A stretch of DNA of 64,000 bases from the human T2T-CHM13v2.0 reference genome, Homo sapiens: assembly GCA_009914755.4 (NCBI GenBank), contig CP068257.2, forward strand, positions 25,280,001-25,344,000, read 5' to 3'. The notes under the pieces were generated by a model. That model did no database searches and had not been told where the DNA came from. It saw nothing but the letters and a program-made list of their open reading frames with translations. Below are positions 13,170-30,168 of the stretch, one piece after another (position 1 is the first letter of the stretch; each line of letters opens with the position of its first letter). The position numbers were made by a program, and so were the translations under genes.

Positions 13170-13525
13170 CTACAAGAATAACTGAGATTGACCACGGCTC
13201 TGTGTTTAGGTTTCAAACCGCTAAAATCATGGATCTAAAAATGAAATGCCCCGGCTGGTGTTGGAGCACGAGGTACCCATGAATCTGTAGTGTAATGCTC
13301 TGGAGAGGGACTCCATGGGGACAAGGCTGGGAGCCCCCTTGGACGCACCAGACCCTCCAGGGTTCTCAGGAGTGATGCGCTCCGGAGTGTCTGTAACAAC
13401 AGAGGTGAGGTTGGCAGGGGTGTGATGGAATAAAATGATTCTGTAATGATTAGTTGTGAAAATAGCCCTTGTGCTAAGGCACTAAACAAAATTGGGATGG
13501 ACCTAGAGAAAATCAGATGGTGAAT

Positions 13526-13552
13526 TTTAATAATAATAATAATAATGATAAT
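13526..13552. repeat. (AAT)n microsatellite, intron 3
   Basis: ttttaataataataataataatgataatgaag. Confidence 0.9.
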
Positions 13553-16381
13553 GAAGCATTTACTCTACCACTTTGAGAAACAGAGTTTGTCCTTGGCACT
13601 CTATCTGTATAACCCATTACCCATTTCTAACTCACCCCTTCCCCATGTGCCTATCACATGTCTCCTTTCCACTAATTCCATAAATAATAGCCAAGCTGGC
13701 TCCTCATTCATTCTTACAGTCACTCGACAAGCATTTGTTCAGCACCTACAATGTTCTAGAAAACACACTAGGTATCTGAAATACAGAAAAATGACCCAGA
13801 TCTACCTTTGAAGGCCTTCCAATAAAGTCACAGAGATAAAGTATTTCTCTCAGACTGATATAATTTTAATAAAAAGTTTTCAAGATTCACAGAACAAAGG
13901 AGCAGTGAAAAAAGAAAAAATAGTCTTTGATAATTTAGGATTAAGTTAGTCTTTATACTCTTTGCTTTATGTCTATTTAATGGAATTGGTGTTTGTTGAG
14001 TATTTGGATCTATCTGCCGAAACAAGGTAGGCATCTCATTGCATCATATATGAGGGTGTACAGGCAGAGGGGTGAGATGGGGAATCCACAAAAGCTGGAA
14101 CATGGACGATGAGAATCCAAAACCTTAAATTTGCTTCCTCTTCCTCTCCTTCCCCTCCCCGCAAAAGCTTCCCTAAGAATCCCTGTCCGGTGAGTTAACA
14201 TCATTAATTTTCTTTTGTCACCCACATATGCATGCATATTGCCCATCTGTTTCTGTATTTTTCTGTTTACTTTATTTTAGGATTTACACAATTATTATAA
14301 TAGCAATAAAATAACAAATATTTGTTACACACACTATTCTCCATTCTTTACATATATGAGCTCATTTAATCCTCACCACAACCCCATCAGGCAGATTCTA
14401 GTGCATATTTTATTTATCCTACAGATAAGGAAACTGAGGCCCATAGGAGGCAGACCAGTTACCCAAGGTCACACAGCTGTTATGGTTTCATGCTCAGAGC
14501 CTGCCCTTTTCTTCTGATGCCATATGGCTTCTGTTAGCATGTGAGTAGCTGCCTGATTGTATTGCTGAAGGGCAGCCATGTGTAAGGATCCTTTAAGTGG
14601 TAGATATTGAGCTTAATGGAAGAAACACCCAGTCTGAAGTCTTACTCTGGTGAAATACTAAATGGTTGAGTGCTCCTGGCTAAGTTAGCTAACCTCTCCC
14701 TAATTTATTTTCAAGATCTGCATAATGCTTCTCTTCTCACTGTGATACTGTAAATGTGAAATTAGCTAACAAAGATCTTAAGGGTGACCAGAAAAATACA
14801 AAGCAATGGTAGTTGTATCCCAGTATATTTAACAGCCTTTTAGATGTACTACAGTTATTCTTTTTATTCAACAAAAAAGTCATATTCAAATCCTTATGTG
14901 CCACTGAGAAATAGAATATTCAGCATATTTTAAGTATACTGTAAATTTTTAAGGACTACATTCAAATTTCTTCAAAGTGAATACCTTAGAATTTGTCAAT
15001 CTGTGTTGGGGGCATTATATAAAAATGAATAAAGAGCAAAGTTCCTATTTAACTTCTGAGCCAGAACGTTTGAAGAGGTAAAGCTTCTTAAGGCAAGCCA
15101 GAAAAAGCATTAAAAATAAGAATCCAGCCAAAGAGAACTTTGGGAGAAAAACACCAAGTTAAAAGAAAAACACGAACATCAAGCCGATAGGAAAGAATGA
15201 TAGTAAAAGCTCACTAAGCTTTGTTTATAAGACAGAGTGCGATTAGGGCTTCAGAACTCCACGAAAAACATTATCTTCATTGCAGAATCAAAAAAGAAGT
15301 ACTGTGTAAACTAGGGGATGCTTGGCAGATTGCTGATGTTAGAAGACTGTCAACAAATCTCTGAGTCTGCAATAATGTTTTCCAGTTCTTCAAAAGTGCT
15401 GTTTTAAGAAAGTTTTTAAAAAAAATTTTACTAAAAAGCACAGACCATAAGACTGGGTAACTAAATATTAGCTAGGAAGTCTTTACCATGTGTGCATGCA
15501 CATGGCATGGATCTATCTCATTTTTCTGGAGTCAAAATAACTCACCACCTGACTATGCATACACAGTCACTGACACCTGTTCTACCTCACTAGTAGATGA
15601 CAAGTGAAAAAGAAACGTGTAATGCAAACAATTTGAAATCGGCTTCCAACAAGGAGACTTCAAGATGTGGCATCTCTTTAAAAAGCTTAACTTAGAACTG
15701 TAAGTTTTAAAAATAAATAACACATTAGCTTTCTATTCAAAATAAGATATATCAGCTCTATAATTTTCCCTTAGAGGTCATACATGTGGAGATGATCTTC
15801 TCTTGCTTAAAATAAAATAATTTATTTCAGAATTGCAATTAATGTGTTATGCCAATGTTCTCAGTACTAGGATTTGTAGCTGCATCAATTTCTGTTTATG
15901 CCAAAGCATATATAATTTAATTTTTACATTGAATTATGTCCTTTTGCAACAAAATAGGTACAAGCATCTCTACCAAATGGCAGAATGGTGCCAAGAAACA
16001 GTAACAAAAATCAATACAGAGCCTAAGTCTGAAACTCACAGTATAAAATGTTTAAAATCTAAGTAATAACAGATTGGATATACATTTTATATGTTTAAGA
16101 AATGTATACAGTTTGGGGAAGGAGTAAAAGGGGAAACTGATCAACCTTTCAGTATCATTTCTAGTGAGCTCTAGAGGCATCCAACCTAGTGCTGATTTTT
16201 TTCTTAATCTGTTTTAATTTTATTCTCAACCACTTCTTCACATCTACTTCACATATTTTCTAATTCATCGTAGTCTGAAATTTGATCTGGATCTTCCTGG
16301 GAACACTTTGACCCTTCCCTCCTTCTTCCTTTTGTTTTAACATTGTATATTTATAAATGGATAGACTATAAAATAAAGTCA

Positions 16382-16735
<354 letters not shown>

Positions 16736-16936
16736 TCATGTTAAACTAAATGCTTAAAATAAGGCAAAAAAATAAAAAGTAAAATGTTGTGATTTGAGGC
16801 GAACCAGTAAGAAAATGTGTTGGCAGAATTCCACTAAAGGTGTTTGAAGGAATGCCACGCCTCCAGGAAATGGAACAGAAAAATCTCTAGTTTCATATGT
16901 CTGACTTATAGCACTATTTGTCTCTCATATTAATGA

Positions 16937-17252
<316 letters not shown>

Positions 17253-20200
17253 TCTCAAAGTTGTTGTTCTTTATTGTTTTCAAATTTTTCTTCCCTATTT
17301 CTAGCACTAACATTATTTCCATCTTCTCTTCCTTTTCAATATGCAGGTATGAAATTAAGCATGACCCAAATATTCATGATGCAGGAGAAATCAATTAATG
17401 TTCCTAATCAAACTCATCCGAAGAAGCCTAACACCACTGCTTACAATCTCCCTTTGCTTCCACTCTTCATCTCACTGCCCTTGCCCCTCAGCTTTTAGGT
17501 CTTTACTTGAATGTCTAATGTTAAAAGAAAAATGGGTGCATTTGCCTGCTCTTTGATCACTCATTCTGGGCCCAGTGATATAAGAATGAACAAGAGCACT
17601 TCAAAAAACCAGACAATTGTTGTCAAAAAGCAATTCAAGGGGTCTGGGTATGAAGCTGTTAGATGCATTAGGTATACTGTTGAGCAGATGTAATGGCAAG
17701 GAAATTAAATTAAAGATTCCCTGTGATAGAGGATAAAGGAAAGTTTTTAAAAATATAAGTCACCGTGGCCTTAAACTATATGTCTTATTTTCACACTCTA
17801 TTAAAGAGCATATTTAGTATGAAAATCAAGATACAACCATAGTGTTGGCTTTGAATTTTATTAATGCCACCTTAAAAACTGATGTTAAGCTCTCCTGGCT
17901 AGCTTTAGTCTATATACTTAACAAAAGATTCAGAGAACTGGTTTTCCAATATCATTTTATGTGCAAAGTTCTGTGTTCAGTAAGTGGCTGTAAACTTAGC
18001 TCTTTACACTACATGACGAATTTTCAAAACCATCCATAGATTTTCCTTAGCAACCTGTGTTGTGAGTGTTCTTGAGCTGTATCTACATAAGTCATGGCCT
18101 TTCTCATCATCTGGCACTGTGGACTCAGGGATACAGCAGACACAGCTATCTTTTCTGGACTCAAGGTTAGTAAACATTTGAGAAAGGAAATTCAATAACC
18201 TGCTTTCACTGCACAATTTCTTTGCCAGTGCTTACCTTTATTTTTGAGGATCATACTCCTAGCCAGCTTGCCTAGAGCTAGCTTGTATAAACACTGCAGA
18301 ATGTCTACAAGTATCTTGGCCAAGGTTGGGAGGAGGGGGGTCCCATGAGACATGGCTTCTCCTTTTCTGAATCACAAATCTGCAGACACAGTGACTTTAG
18401 AGTGAGCACGCTGGTTTTTCAACCATAACCTAATTGCTGCATATTTCTTGTTGGAACTAAATCAGGAAACACTCAGTACTAATGAATTTACATTTGGCAG
18501 TGGACGAGTGCTACAAATGTCCAGCTACTTATGGCTAATAATTTTAAAAATAAATCAAATGCTTTGAATTTAACTTTACTCTCCGACCTCATTTCTCCAG
18601 TATTGCTGAAGGTGAGAGGGGGTGGGGTAAGATATTAGACATAAATGGAATTCCCATTTATAATGTACTCTTTAGGTACCATTGAAAAATTGTATATGTG
18701 TTGTCAGATTACCTGCTTAAAAATAGCAAATTGCTTTTCTGCCTTTATACTAGTCACAGTTTAACTTTCCTAGATAACTGAAAGTCATTTTTTTCTGTGT
18801 GTCAATTATTGTATCATGCTGAAATATAGCACTAACTTGAGGGACCATGTTGGTGAGATAGGGCTTTTGACCTTTAGAAAATGGTACCAGACCACTGTGC
18901 CTTTCATGTTTTCAGGCTATTTATAGCCTTTCTCTTATTGTTAAATAATATCATTTCTTGTTCTCAGATTACCTGTCTAAAGTCTCCCCACCCTCATCCA
19001 TCATGACTATTTTATTGCTTAAAAAAATTGAGTGGCCTAGAAAATTAGAACAGAAAAATGGTAGAACTGTAAAATACTAATAAATGGGCTCTGAGTGGAA
19101 GCCTGTGTAGCTTTCTATGAGTAAAGTTAAAAGGTTTTATAATATAGTTTTGTGACATCGTTTAGTCTTCTAACAAAGATGCATCTTTGTTATTCTATCA
19201 TCTTGGACTGTGACTGTCTTCTTAGTTCTCTCCCATGCTCTGTAGTTGAAATGTTAGCACCTCAATCATCTCTAAAGTGGGTTTGGTAGTTTCTATGGCC
19301 ACACTTTCACTTACATTGACTTAAGTGAGCTTTTTGGTTACATTTTAAAAGTTATTAAGTTATTTCAATTCATCTTTAAATAATAGCACTACAGGGAGTA
19401 CCACTGTTTCAATTCTGAATCTGAGTATGCTCTTTTGAAACAAAGTAAGACAGACATAACTGAGCTTTGTCATTGTGCCACACTGCTTTTCTTTGGTTTT
19501 TGTTATTCTGAAATCACTTTATTCATGTTATAAGCTACTGATAAAATAGGATTATTTTTATTGAAACAAAAGGCTGCCTAACCAAACCAAGATATTCAAA
19601 AGTGAGAAAGTCTAGATTGGATGAAAAAAATCAAATAAGTAAACTATAAGCATTTTCTGCTCAAGGAATTTTGATAATTGAATTTATTTAATATATATAC
19701 ATGAGAAATTTAGATACTTTTTTATTAGTGCAAATGAACAAGATCTATTTCTATTAAAATTATGTTCTTAGTTGTTCTCTATCATGAGCCCTTTGGAACA
19801 GAAACAGAGATATAAAAATATGTAAATTTGTTATAAAATCTTTAAAAAATCAGAGCATAGACTCTTTTAAATATAGAATTAATGTTAAAAATGAAGACAA
19901 TGCTGAAAGCATATTTACTGCATAGAAATTAAGATCACAAATTCCATAAACATGAAATAAATGAATCATTCCAAAATTAGGAACAAAATTCTCCACAGCA
20001 TTGTAATTAGCTGACCTAATATTTGCACAGGGAAAAAAATTTGGTCTCATTTTAGCCATAAGTATTTGCTGCCTTAGCAACTAAATCCATTCATTTAGTG
20101 ATTCAAGGTTTAGCTCAACTTCTTGGAATGTGTAACGTGTGATTTTGAAATAAAATATTAATGTTATTTTATTTTCAGAAAACCTGAAAAGAAGTAAAAC

Positions 20201-21805
20201 AGAAAAGCAATATTATACGTGGAGACTTAAGATTCCACCCAAGAAGGACTTTATGAGATACCGACCTGATCAATGTAGATAGGATGATAGTAAGGTAACA
20301 TTCATTTTAGGACTTTATCTGCATTTAATCCACAATGTAAACTGAGCTAAACATAAAATTACCATTGTATTACTGGTCTAAGGAAAAAGCTTCATACGTT
20401 AATTCTTATTGTTGTTTCCAAGTCTTTAAATTATTGACATATTTTTTCAACTAAAAAGGAACTTTTTTTTTGTATTGAGATATATTTTAAACCAAGCTGG
20501 ACTCAGATTGCTTTTCAAAATGAGACAAGCAAATATATAGTAACAGGCAGCTAAAGCCTTACCTGTTCACCACGAATGGAGCAAGAATGGGTTAATGAAC
20601 ATATTTTGACTCCATGGTATCAGAGAACTGTGCAGCTGAATTTCTTTATGTCTGAAATAATTTGAGTTTGTCCATTGTTCTGGTATTATGTAGCCACAGT
20701 TCAAAACAGTCAACATACTAAAAAATTATGGGACATTGAGTCATAAACTTTGTGGAACTGGGAAAAAGACGGTTGTCATAGATTATTCAACTTTGAACCG
20801 TATATCATGAGGTAATTTTATAGAAAATTATTATGATCAATAATTTCTGTCACATTCAATTTAACTACTAGTTTTAGAAACACAAATTTTAAGAGAACAT
20901 AAAATAAATGAGAATATGTCCATTTCTGTAACATAGGAAATTTCAGCTACATAATGTCTGATGATTCTTTAGAGTGCTAATGCATCTATCCTCCTGTGTT
21001 TTTATTACTTTAAAGTACTGAAGAATGCTTGGAAATTTGCAACAGCTTGTTTCAAAGATTACTTAGGGGTCAGAATTTATTATTTCTAAAAATTGTAACT
21101 TCCTCAGTATTTCAATGTAATTTACAGCACTGATCCTAGTCTTACAGAATTTAATAAAGTATGTTGTGCTCTTGAACTATATTTGAAGGATAAAGCCAAA
21201 GATTTTCTTTTGAAGTTCTTAAAGTGTTTTCCCATCATTCAGATTGCTTTTCTATTTCTGTTATGCAGTTTTTACTCTACTTTCAGGAGAATCTCCTATC
21301 AGAATAAAACCAAATTCTTCTAGTCAGTGCAAATCTAGAAAGCTTCCTCTTCTGGGCTTATGTTGCCATAAAGAGAATCCAGTAGAATTGTCACCTACAC
21401 CTTAACTGCACCCCTATAATAGGCATGTAACAAATAATTCTGAGAGTCATATTAATAGCAGGGAAACCAAGATGTCTGCCAAAGTTCTCACAGGAAGCTA
21501 GTGGTAAAAGAAGGAATAAAAGCCAGACTTTCAGGGCACTAGCTAGGCATTCTGTGTGGTCTTCCACACTGCTTCTCCTTTGAAATTTTTCAATTCAAAA
21601 GCCAAAATACCATAGCTAAAATGCCACCAAGGACGTTGGCAGTACATACCCACATATGATCAATTTTCTTGGTCTTTCTTCTGACACTATCCACACAACT
21701 ATTGTCTTAGAGGGCAAGATGAATATTATGAGGATATAATGAAGTCAAACTCCTAAGAATCCCAAATTTTGTTTCTCAGTCTGTGTTCTCCTAAATGATA
21801 CATAC

Positions 21806-21973
21806 CATGGCCATCATCCAGGAATTCTGTGATGGTGGCTGAAGTGCATTTGGACCAGGGCTTAGATGCATCAATGCTGGTAAGGATGGAAGACATTAAG
21901 CGCTTATCTTCTGTGGAACCAAAGGTCTCTTCACAGAATTTGGAATCGTCATGGGAGAGGCCAAGTAAATGTC
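21806..21973 (-). CDS. ADAMTS5: ADAMTS5 exon 3 (catalytic domain, second part, with GHLLGLSHDD and the Met-turn; 168 nt)
   Basis: Acceptor tctcccttag|GACAT at 21973 and donor GGCCATG|gtatgt at 21806. Encodes (G)HLLGLSHDDSKFCEETFGSTEDKRLMSSILTSIDASKPWSKCTSATITEFLDDGH(G). Confidence 0.92.
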
Positions 21974-24900
21974 CTAAGGGAGACAACAGAGGAAGTACAA
22001 ATAATCCGTGATTGTGTATTTCTATCTTTCCATGACAATTATGCTAGGGCTTGATTTTTTTCCCCTAATTGTAGATGAGTTCACTTTAACTGCTTTCTCA
22101 CCCAGAGACTGGACCTCCAGGGAAATAAAAGTTGCATGGAGTTAGTGTAGCAGTTGCTTTTGGTGAACATTTCGATGGAAACTGAAAAACTAAAGAGTAG
22201 ATGTTCCCATAATTCATCTGGATCACATATGCTTAATGTCATGTGGAAACAAAGCCTTATTTAGAATCTAGAGTTTGCGAGACAATTGTGGGATTATGTC
22301 ATAGCCCTCACCACATATCATTTTGATTGTCTAATTTTCTGCCTTCTCTGATCAAGCCCCATGAGATCAAAGTGAATTTGCTCCCATATACTGTTGAAAC
22401 CTCTGTATTGAACTTAGTGCTGTGCAAGTTGCAAACACTTAGTAGATGGTTTTTGAATGTCAGTGACTTATTTTCTTAGTCAAGTAAATAGGTGGCTAAT
22501 AAAAGGGAGGACTAGGGGAGACAAAGAAAGAGAAGTGAAATGAGGAAGTTTCCGGTTTCTTGCAAAACTAAGCTTGCTTCATCCGTTCATTTCTTTTGGT
22601 GATTTAGTGAGTTATGAATGTTTACTATTGTCACAAACATATAGCTCATTTTGAAAACATACCCATTTACATTTTAAAATGTCAAAATACCAATAATATG
22701 GAGTTTGAGAGCTTGAAGAAAGGACAGCTTGGTTTCCCAAGTGATAGTTGTGAGTGTTCAAAACCACTCAGCCAGGTGATATTTGTGCTTAAGCCTCTCA
22801 ACCAACAATGTTCTCTGAAGTTCCAGTCAAGCTAGATATTATTTCACAGAGCCCATAATTGCATTCTTATAATCCAAGTAAATTGCTTTTTATTACATAA
22901 GATCAATTTTCATGCAGTCTAAGGATAAAATGATATTCCACAACAAATTTACAATGCTATTTAAAACATCTAGGACAGTAGTTTGAGCAATTACAAACTC
23001 TAAAAAGTAGACAGCAAATCATCCTAGTGGTGTTTTTAACAAAGCTTTCTAGAATCATACACAAACCACTAAAACAAATTTAGGAAACACTGTAGCAAAC
23101 TGATGACTACATTCTCCTTGGGATCTTGAATGCCAAACGCAGAAAACTTTGGCCATTCTAGCAAAAGAGTCCAGTGTGCACCAATAAAACCCAACAGAGA
23201 TGAAATCTTTCACTTTATATTCCGACTACTTTGGGCCAACTTGTTAAATCACCAACACCTCATAACAAAATTGTCCACTGAGCAACTGACTGCTGTTATG
23301 GCTGAAAATAAGTGGCTAGGGCTCGGTGACCTTCCAAGCCTCCACATTTTTATGTTATTTATACAGATATTTACTTCGACAGCATTTACTAGGCTTACAA
23401 GTTTTCTCTGGGAAGTTCTCCCACCACCACTTAACATTTTGTTTGGTCAGTAGCATAAGTGTGCATTATAGTCTATATATAAAGTATGTCCCAAATAACT
23501 TGCAAAGGAAATTAGCAGGGGCTCATCTAATTTTTGAGTGGTTTGTTGAGTTTTTCAAGAAACTCACAGCTCACAGAAAAAAAAAAAAAACAATCTTTCA
23601 TTCATGTACTATTAGAAATGACTTAAAGTTACTTAGTACATGAAATACTTGCTGATATCGCACTCTACACTTCCCAAAATTTTCCAAGATAGAAGATTTA
23701 TCAGTTAACACTGAGGGATATGGTGGAAATTTCACTCTTGAGTTTTTTCCTCTGGCATAGAAGAAAAGTGTCCCCAAGTGACCTCTGCAACATAATATTT
23801 ATTTGAATCCAGGTTTTTACTTAAAAAATGTGACGTATACATTCTACTTCATAGGATATTTATATTTATTTAATGAAGTAATGGCCTTTTCCTCCAAATC
23901 TATATAAATACATAGCACTTTCCATATGCCTTTTTATTATTGTATCAAGAGATTTTCACTTCATTTGGAGGGTAGATTTTAGAATTCTGATTTAAAATAT
24001 AGGACACATGGCAGACACGAAATTCACTTTGAGGGACCTGAGAAAGTACCTTCATTCTCTCTTTCAGAGAGGTGAAGCATGTAATTTTAAAGGTTTCAAT
24101 TATGTAAGCAAGTCAATTTAATTTTGAAATATTTCAGCATCATTTATGAATCTTTTGGAATACTAGTTAATATAACATTATGACTTCTATGCTCCCCAAA
24201 TTTGCTCATTTTCCACTGAAACTTAATTGCCACTGAAGATGCATAGAGGAAATTGCACTGCGAAAGACTGCCTTTCAAGCATGAACAAATCTTTGCTTCA
24301 CCTCAGCAAGGGGATGTGACTTTTGTAAGATCTCCAAAAGTCAGGCAGAAACAGACTGCTTAGAGTCAACTGAAAGAGATCGACTCTTTTGAGGGCGAAT
24401 GAACACTCTGTGCTCCATGAAGAAAGCCTGTCAGCTCTCTGGGAGAGGCATGCTCTCTCAAGGGCAGCGAGAGTCCTGGGCAATGTGAAGAACACTTAAG
24501 CACCCAAAGTAACAGGCAGCCAGTTCCAGAGTAGCTGGAACCAGGGCATGGCGAGAGAACCGCGTGACTTCCCTTCAGGAGCTGGACAGGATATGAAAGG
24601 GAAGATCAATGTGAGGGATGTTTGGATGCTCTTCAGGAAAGACGTGACACACATTCTAAAGGCTGCAAACAGCAAAAGGAGTGGTATTTTGTAATTCGAG
24701 CCCCCAGTCAATTATGCTAAGACATTTACTCTTAGTTGAAATCGGCCTTGAAATAGCAAAAGTATACAAAAGTATAAGCAATTTTAAAGGAGTGCTCACG
24801 GTAAAGACGGCACGCTATGATACCAAAAGCTAACTACCAGAGAAAATCCAGAATCCGGGGAATTTAAAATACAGTGTCACAGCTGACAACTGTCTTTTAA

Positions 24901-25840
24901 GTAGGGATTGTGAAGGGGAATTGGAAAAGCTAATAGCTTTGAAGACATCTGCCTTTTCAGGGAGAGTTTGTTCATAAATCATTCACAGAGATGTTTAAAA
25001 TGAATGGTGTGGTTTGGAGATTAAGCATTTCTTGGACAAGCAGACCCCAGGAGCATTAGCAGCAGATAGGATTAGATATCCCTGTCTCAGAGAGTAAAAC
25101 AGCACATGAAGAATATAAAAGAGTGTGGAGAAAATGTGTACAATGCCAAAAGTAATTTGTTGTTTACATCAAATTGTATTACATGATGAGTTTTTAGAGC
25201 AATACAGAGCAACAGAGTTAGTTGAGGGTGAGGTTTTAGAGGAGGCAGGGGGATGGAATCGAGAAATCCACATAGAATGGCAATCCTTACCCTTGGAAAA
25301 AGAGAAAGAGTTCTTTTTTGGAGAGTCAGAGTGTTGCAAGAGAAGGGTGGGGAGGACTGAAAGCCATTTTGACAGAGATCTGAGGAAGCTCCCTCACTAA
25401 AATAGGACGTGAAACTCCTAGTGAGAGAAAAGGCAGAGGTGGGTTTCGAGGTAACTATCTGCTGTCAGGATTTAAAGCAGAGGTAGTGAAGTCTTGCTTT
25501 AGGGAAGAATTAGTGTTTGTGTTTAGGACCATTTATAATCAGCAGACATGCAAAAGATCGAAAAGCAGTTTGCTTGAGCAATTTTGTTTACAATACTCTT
25601 TCTCAGCTATCTTTAATTCTTGATGATGTAATTGGAAGCTTTTCACCTAAAACCCTGAGGCAACTAAGGACCAAACACACTTGTGTAATAGATGCACTTG
25701 TTAATGACCTCTGTATTTATATGCTAAATAGGGTTTTAACTGGGGAGGGGAGATAGAAGCCAGAGTGAAATTCAGAGAATAATGCAACTGTCTAATCCAC
25801 GAGTATTTTCCAAGCGGTGCCTACCTCAGAACTATATTTA

Positions 25841-26158
<318 letters not shown>

Positions 26159-27562
26159 TCAGAACTGTATTTCGCTGTTTGAAATAATTAGTAAAAGCTA
26201 AGGTGTAAATTGTGTTAGATGATGTTGACCTATTCTTAATTGATGTTAAATCATACAACAGTCATGCTGAGTGTCTGTCAGCAAGTAACATCAGAAAGGA
26301 GTTTATTTGAATTAATCTAAGAAATTAAATGTAATGATAAATTATGTCAGAGTAAAGTCTATAGGACTGAGAGTTTGAGTTACATTGTTAGCTCATAAAT
26401 AGCAAACAAATCGTCACCTGATAACTTTTCTGGTATGAAAATTCTCTTTTTCAATTGGCAAAGGGGTGACATTTTATAAAATAAATGTTATCTTTGATAT
26501 TCCCAATACAGATTTTAAGAACACCTTGCTTCATTAAATTCACAAGAGAATCTGGTGTTAGAAAATCTGTGATAATGTGTAGCCAGATGAAGACACATCA
26601 CTTTAAAGGAAACTGTTGGTTCAGCTTCTTATTCAACCCAGGCATTACTGTACAACCAGGGCTGACTTATAACATTAACCTCAGGAAGGAAATTGGTTGT
26701 TTTTCTAAACTTTGGTCTGCAAATTAAACAGAATTTCAAGCTCTTGTCTCCTGATCCCAAACTGACCAATGGTCAAGGGGACACAGTACCACATCCTAAA
26801 AAAATGTCACAAGAAGCTCTGTAATGTGTTTACTCGGGAAAGCACTGCTCAGATGAAGCATCTGTTTCTTAATGAGGTCATGTTTTTATTTTACCTAATT
26901 TTCCAGCTGGGATTATGGAGGTGCACGGTCTTGCCAGGGGTTGAAAAGTGAGTCAACTGCTCACATGGAATCAGAATCTAGAATCCTTGAAGAAGGGAAC
27001 CATGAGCTCCAGTCATTGGATCATGCATGCTTATTCAAACACGAATCTTTACATAGATGTGATAAAACTCTTATAACTCCCATTTGAAAGCATTAAACAT
27101 GAATGGTAAATGTGGTATCAATTATGTAATTTGGAAGGAAGAAACTCTAACTTTTTCACCTTATAACTAGCTGTGTCAATATCCTTTTGAATCCATTTCA
27201 GAATTATAGCCTTTAAAGTAAAAACTGTCTAAAAAAACATTCTAGAAGCATATAAACATCTTGAGCTCTGGAGCCAGATGGATTGGGTTTTAATCTCACT
27301 TTAGCAGTATATTAGTTGTTGACCTTAGACGGGTTTAGAAAGTACCCTGTGTGTTAGCTTCATTCTCTCTCTTGGGTGACCCACTAATGGTACTTACCTC
27401 ATGGCATTTTGTAAGAATTAAATGATATAAAACATGCAAAGTGATTAGAATATGTGCTTGACATATATCAAAGGACCAGTGATTGTTAGCTAACTTTATT
27501 GTCCTCATTGATATTCTGGGATTGTTATATACTTTTACTTATAAGTATTCTAGTAATCAGTG

Positions 27563-27650
27563 ATATATATATATATATATCACACATATATCCATATATA
27601 TATATCACACATATATATATATATGGAGAGAGAGAGAGAGAGAGAGAGAG
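27563..27650. repeat. (TA)n and (GA)n compound microsatellite, intron 2
   Basis: tgatatatatatatatatatcacacatatatccatatatatatatcacacatatatatatatatggagagagagagagagagagagagag. Confidence 0.9.
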
Positions 27651-27903
27651 TCTTGCTGTATCACCCAGGCTGGTGTGCAGTCATGCTATCAAAGCCCACT
27701 GAAGCCTCCATCTCTTGGGTTCAAATGATCCTCATACCTTCTGACTAGCTGGGACTACAGGTGCACACCACCACCCTTGGCTAATTTATTTATTTATTAC
27801 TTATTTATTTATTTTTTTACTTTTTGTAGAGACAGGGTCTCACTATGATGCCAGGGCTTGTCTCAAACTGTTGGGATTACAAGCATGAGCCACCACACCA
27901 GCC
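27650..27903 (-). mobile_element. Alu, older and diverged, intron 2
   Basis: tcttgctgtatcacccaggctggtgtgcagtcatgc...gctgggactacaggtgcacaccaccacc...ttgtagagacagggtctcac...gggattacaagcatgagccaccacaccagcc. A (TA)n/(GA)n microsatellite abuts it. Confidence 0.75.
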
Positions 27904-29288
27904 AACAAGCTTTGATATTACTAGACACTCTTTATGTGGGAGGGAAGAGGAAACTTCCTAAACATAAAAGAAAAAAAATCACTCAGCAAGTGTGTGTTAG
28001 AGTTACTTTTTATGCCACCTTCAATTTGCTGGTTTCCACACATGTGCTAGATAATCTATAGGTTTCTCCCTAGAGAAACATGAATTGGGATTAAGTTTTT
28101 AAAAACTGACAATAGACACAAAATCTCTCAATATTCCTCAACATATAGCAAAAACTTATTCCCACATTTTATTTGGGGGCCAAGAAAGACATAGTGTGGC
28201 TTTCCTCCAAACTGCTTGTTGATTAAAGCAATGGGTTTGCGGGAAAATATCAAGTTTAATCCTAGTTTCCTTCGAACTTTACATCTTACAACAAGCCTGG
28301 ACATCTGATTCTGTGTATTTGGATTTGGTCTGTGGTGTTTCAAGAACCTCTGCAGCTTTTCAAAATATGGCCGTGTTTAATCTAATCATCTACAGAAGCA
28401 GAGTCACACACAGATCAGCACAACCAGGGAACACCTTTTAACCACACCAAAACACAGGCGGCTTTGCTGTTGTGTCTCAACCACTTCCTAAGTCTCAGCT
28501 GAATATTTGGTCTTGACTTGTTAAGTTGCCTGAGTTTAGCTTAGGAAGCACACTGGAGTCTTTCACAGTAGAGAGATTCACTTAGTGCATTTTATAATTA
28601 ACCACTATAAAGCAAAGCTTCGGCATGTTTGCAAATTATGGATTTCATTTGTCTAAATAAAATCAGATTGTTCCTCCTAGTGTATTAGAAGCTGGCCCAA
28701 CATCAATAAAATTATTGTTTTTAAGGACCATATGTGCAGCAGGTGAAATCTTTATTATTACAAGTCAATAATAAAAGTTTGACAAGTTAAAATATAAACT
28801 CAAAATGTAAACTTACACTAACTTGAAAACTTTCTGCAGTTCACATTTGGATTGTAAAGTGGCTGTAAACACATTCCTGTCTCCACTCAAGGAACATGGA
28901 TGGGGACTGTGTTTTTGATAGTTTGAAGTGACTTTCTGAAATGTCTTAACAATTTAGCCAACATTTACATGCATATAACACAAGAAGGAAAGCACTTTTT
29001 GACTGCCTATCCAGAATCAATGTCAATCAATATCCATCTTCCAGAAGTCTGTATTGGCATCAGTTGATTAGTTACCTTCAAAATCTAGCAGCTTTTTTGA
29101 AAGAATTAGCAGAAAAAAAGAAGTGTTCTAGTTTCAAATGGTATATGAAAAGAGTAAGTTTTCATAATTGTTCATTTTTAACCTGTGTCATTTTGACTTC
29201 AAATAATTTAATGCCGTGGGTAGAAATGGTGTCAGATAGAGACTACAGCTCTGCCTCTATTTACCTGATGAGTTAATTATCAAGGTAA

Positions 29289-29503
<215 letters not shown>

Positions 29504-29849
29504 TAATGAACTAAAAAGAAAATTTTGATTCAGTTTATTCATGCACAAAATAGATATGACTTTCTATTTTAAACCACTGTGAAGAGAAAGAGGAAACAGT
29601 TGTGCGTTTCCACGAGAACCTGTAAGTAGGTTAATGGAAGAGTTATTCTTGCTCAAATATATCCTTTTACTGCTTATAGAAGAAATAAAGTAGAAAAATT
29701 ATGGGAACAGCCTGGGAATCTCTCCTAGCTTGTGTTTTGAGCACAGTAACACATTCACACTGTTTGCATAAAGGAAATTACACATTTTGGAATGAGGCTA
29801 GAGTAAATTTAAAACACTGGAAAACTGAGCATTCAAAACGTCATTTTCA

Positions 29850-30168
<319 letters not shown>
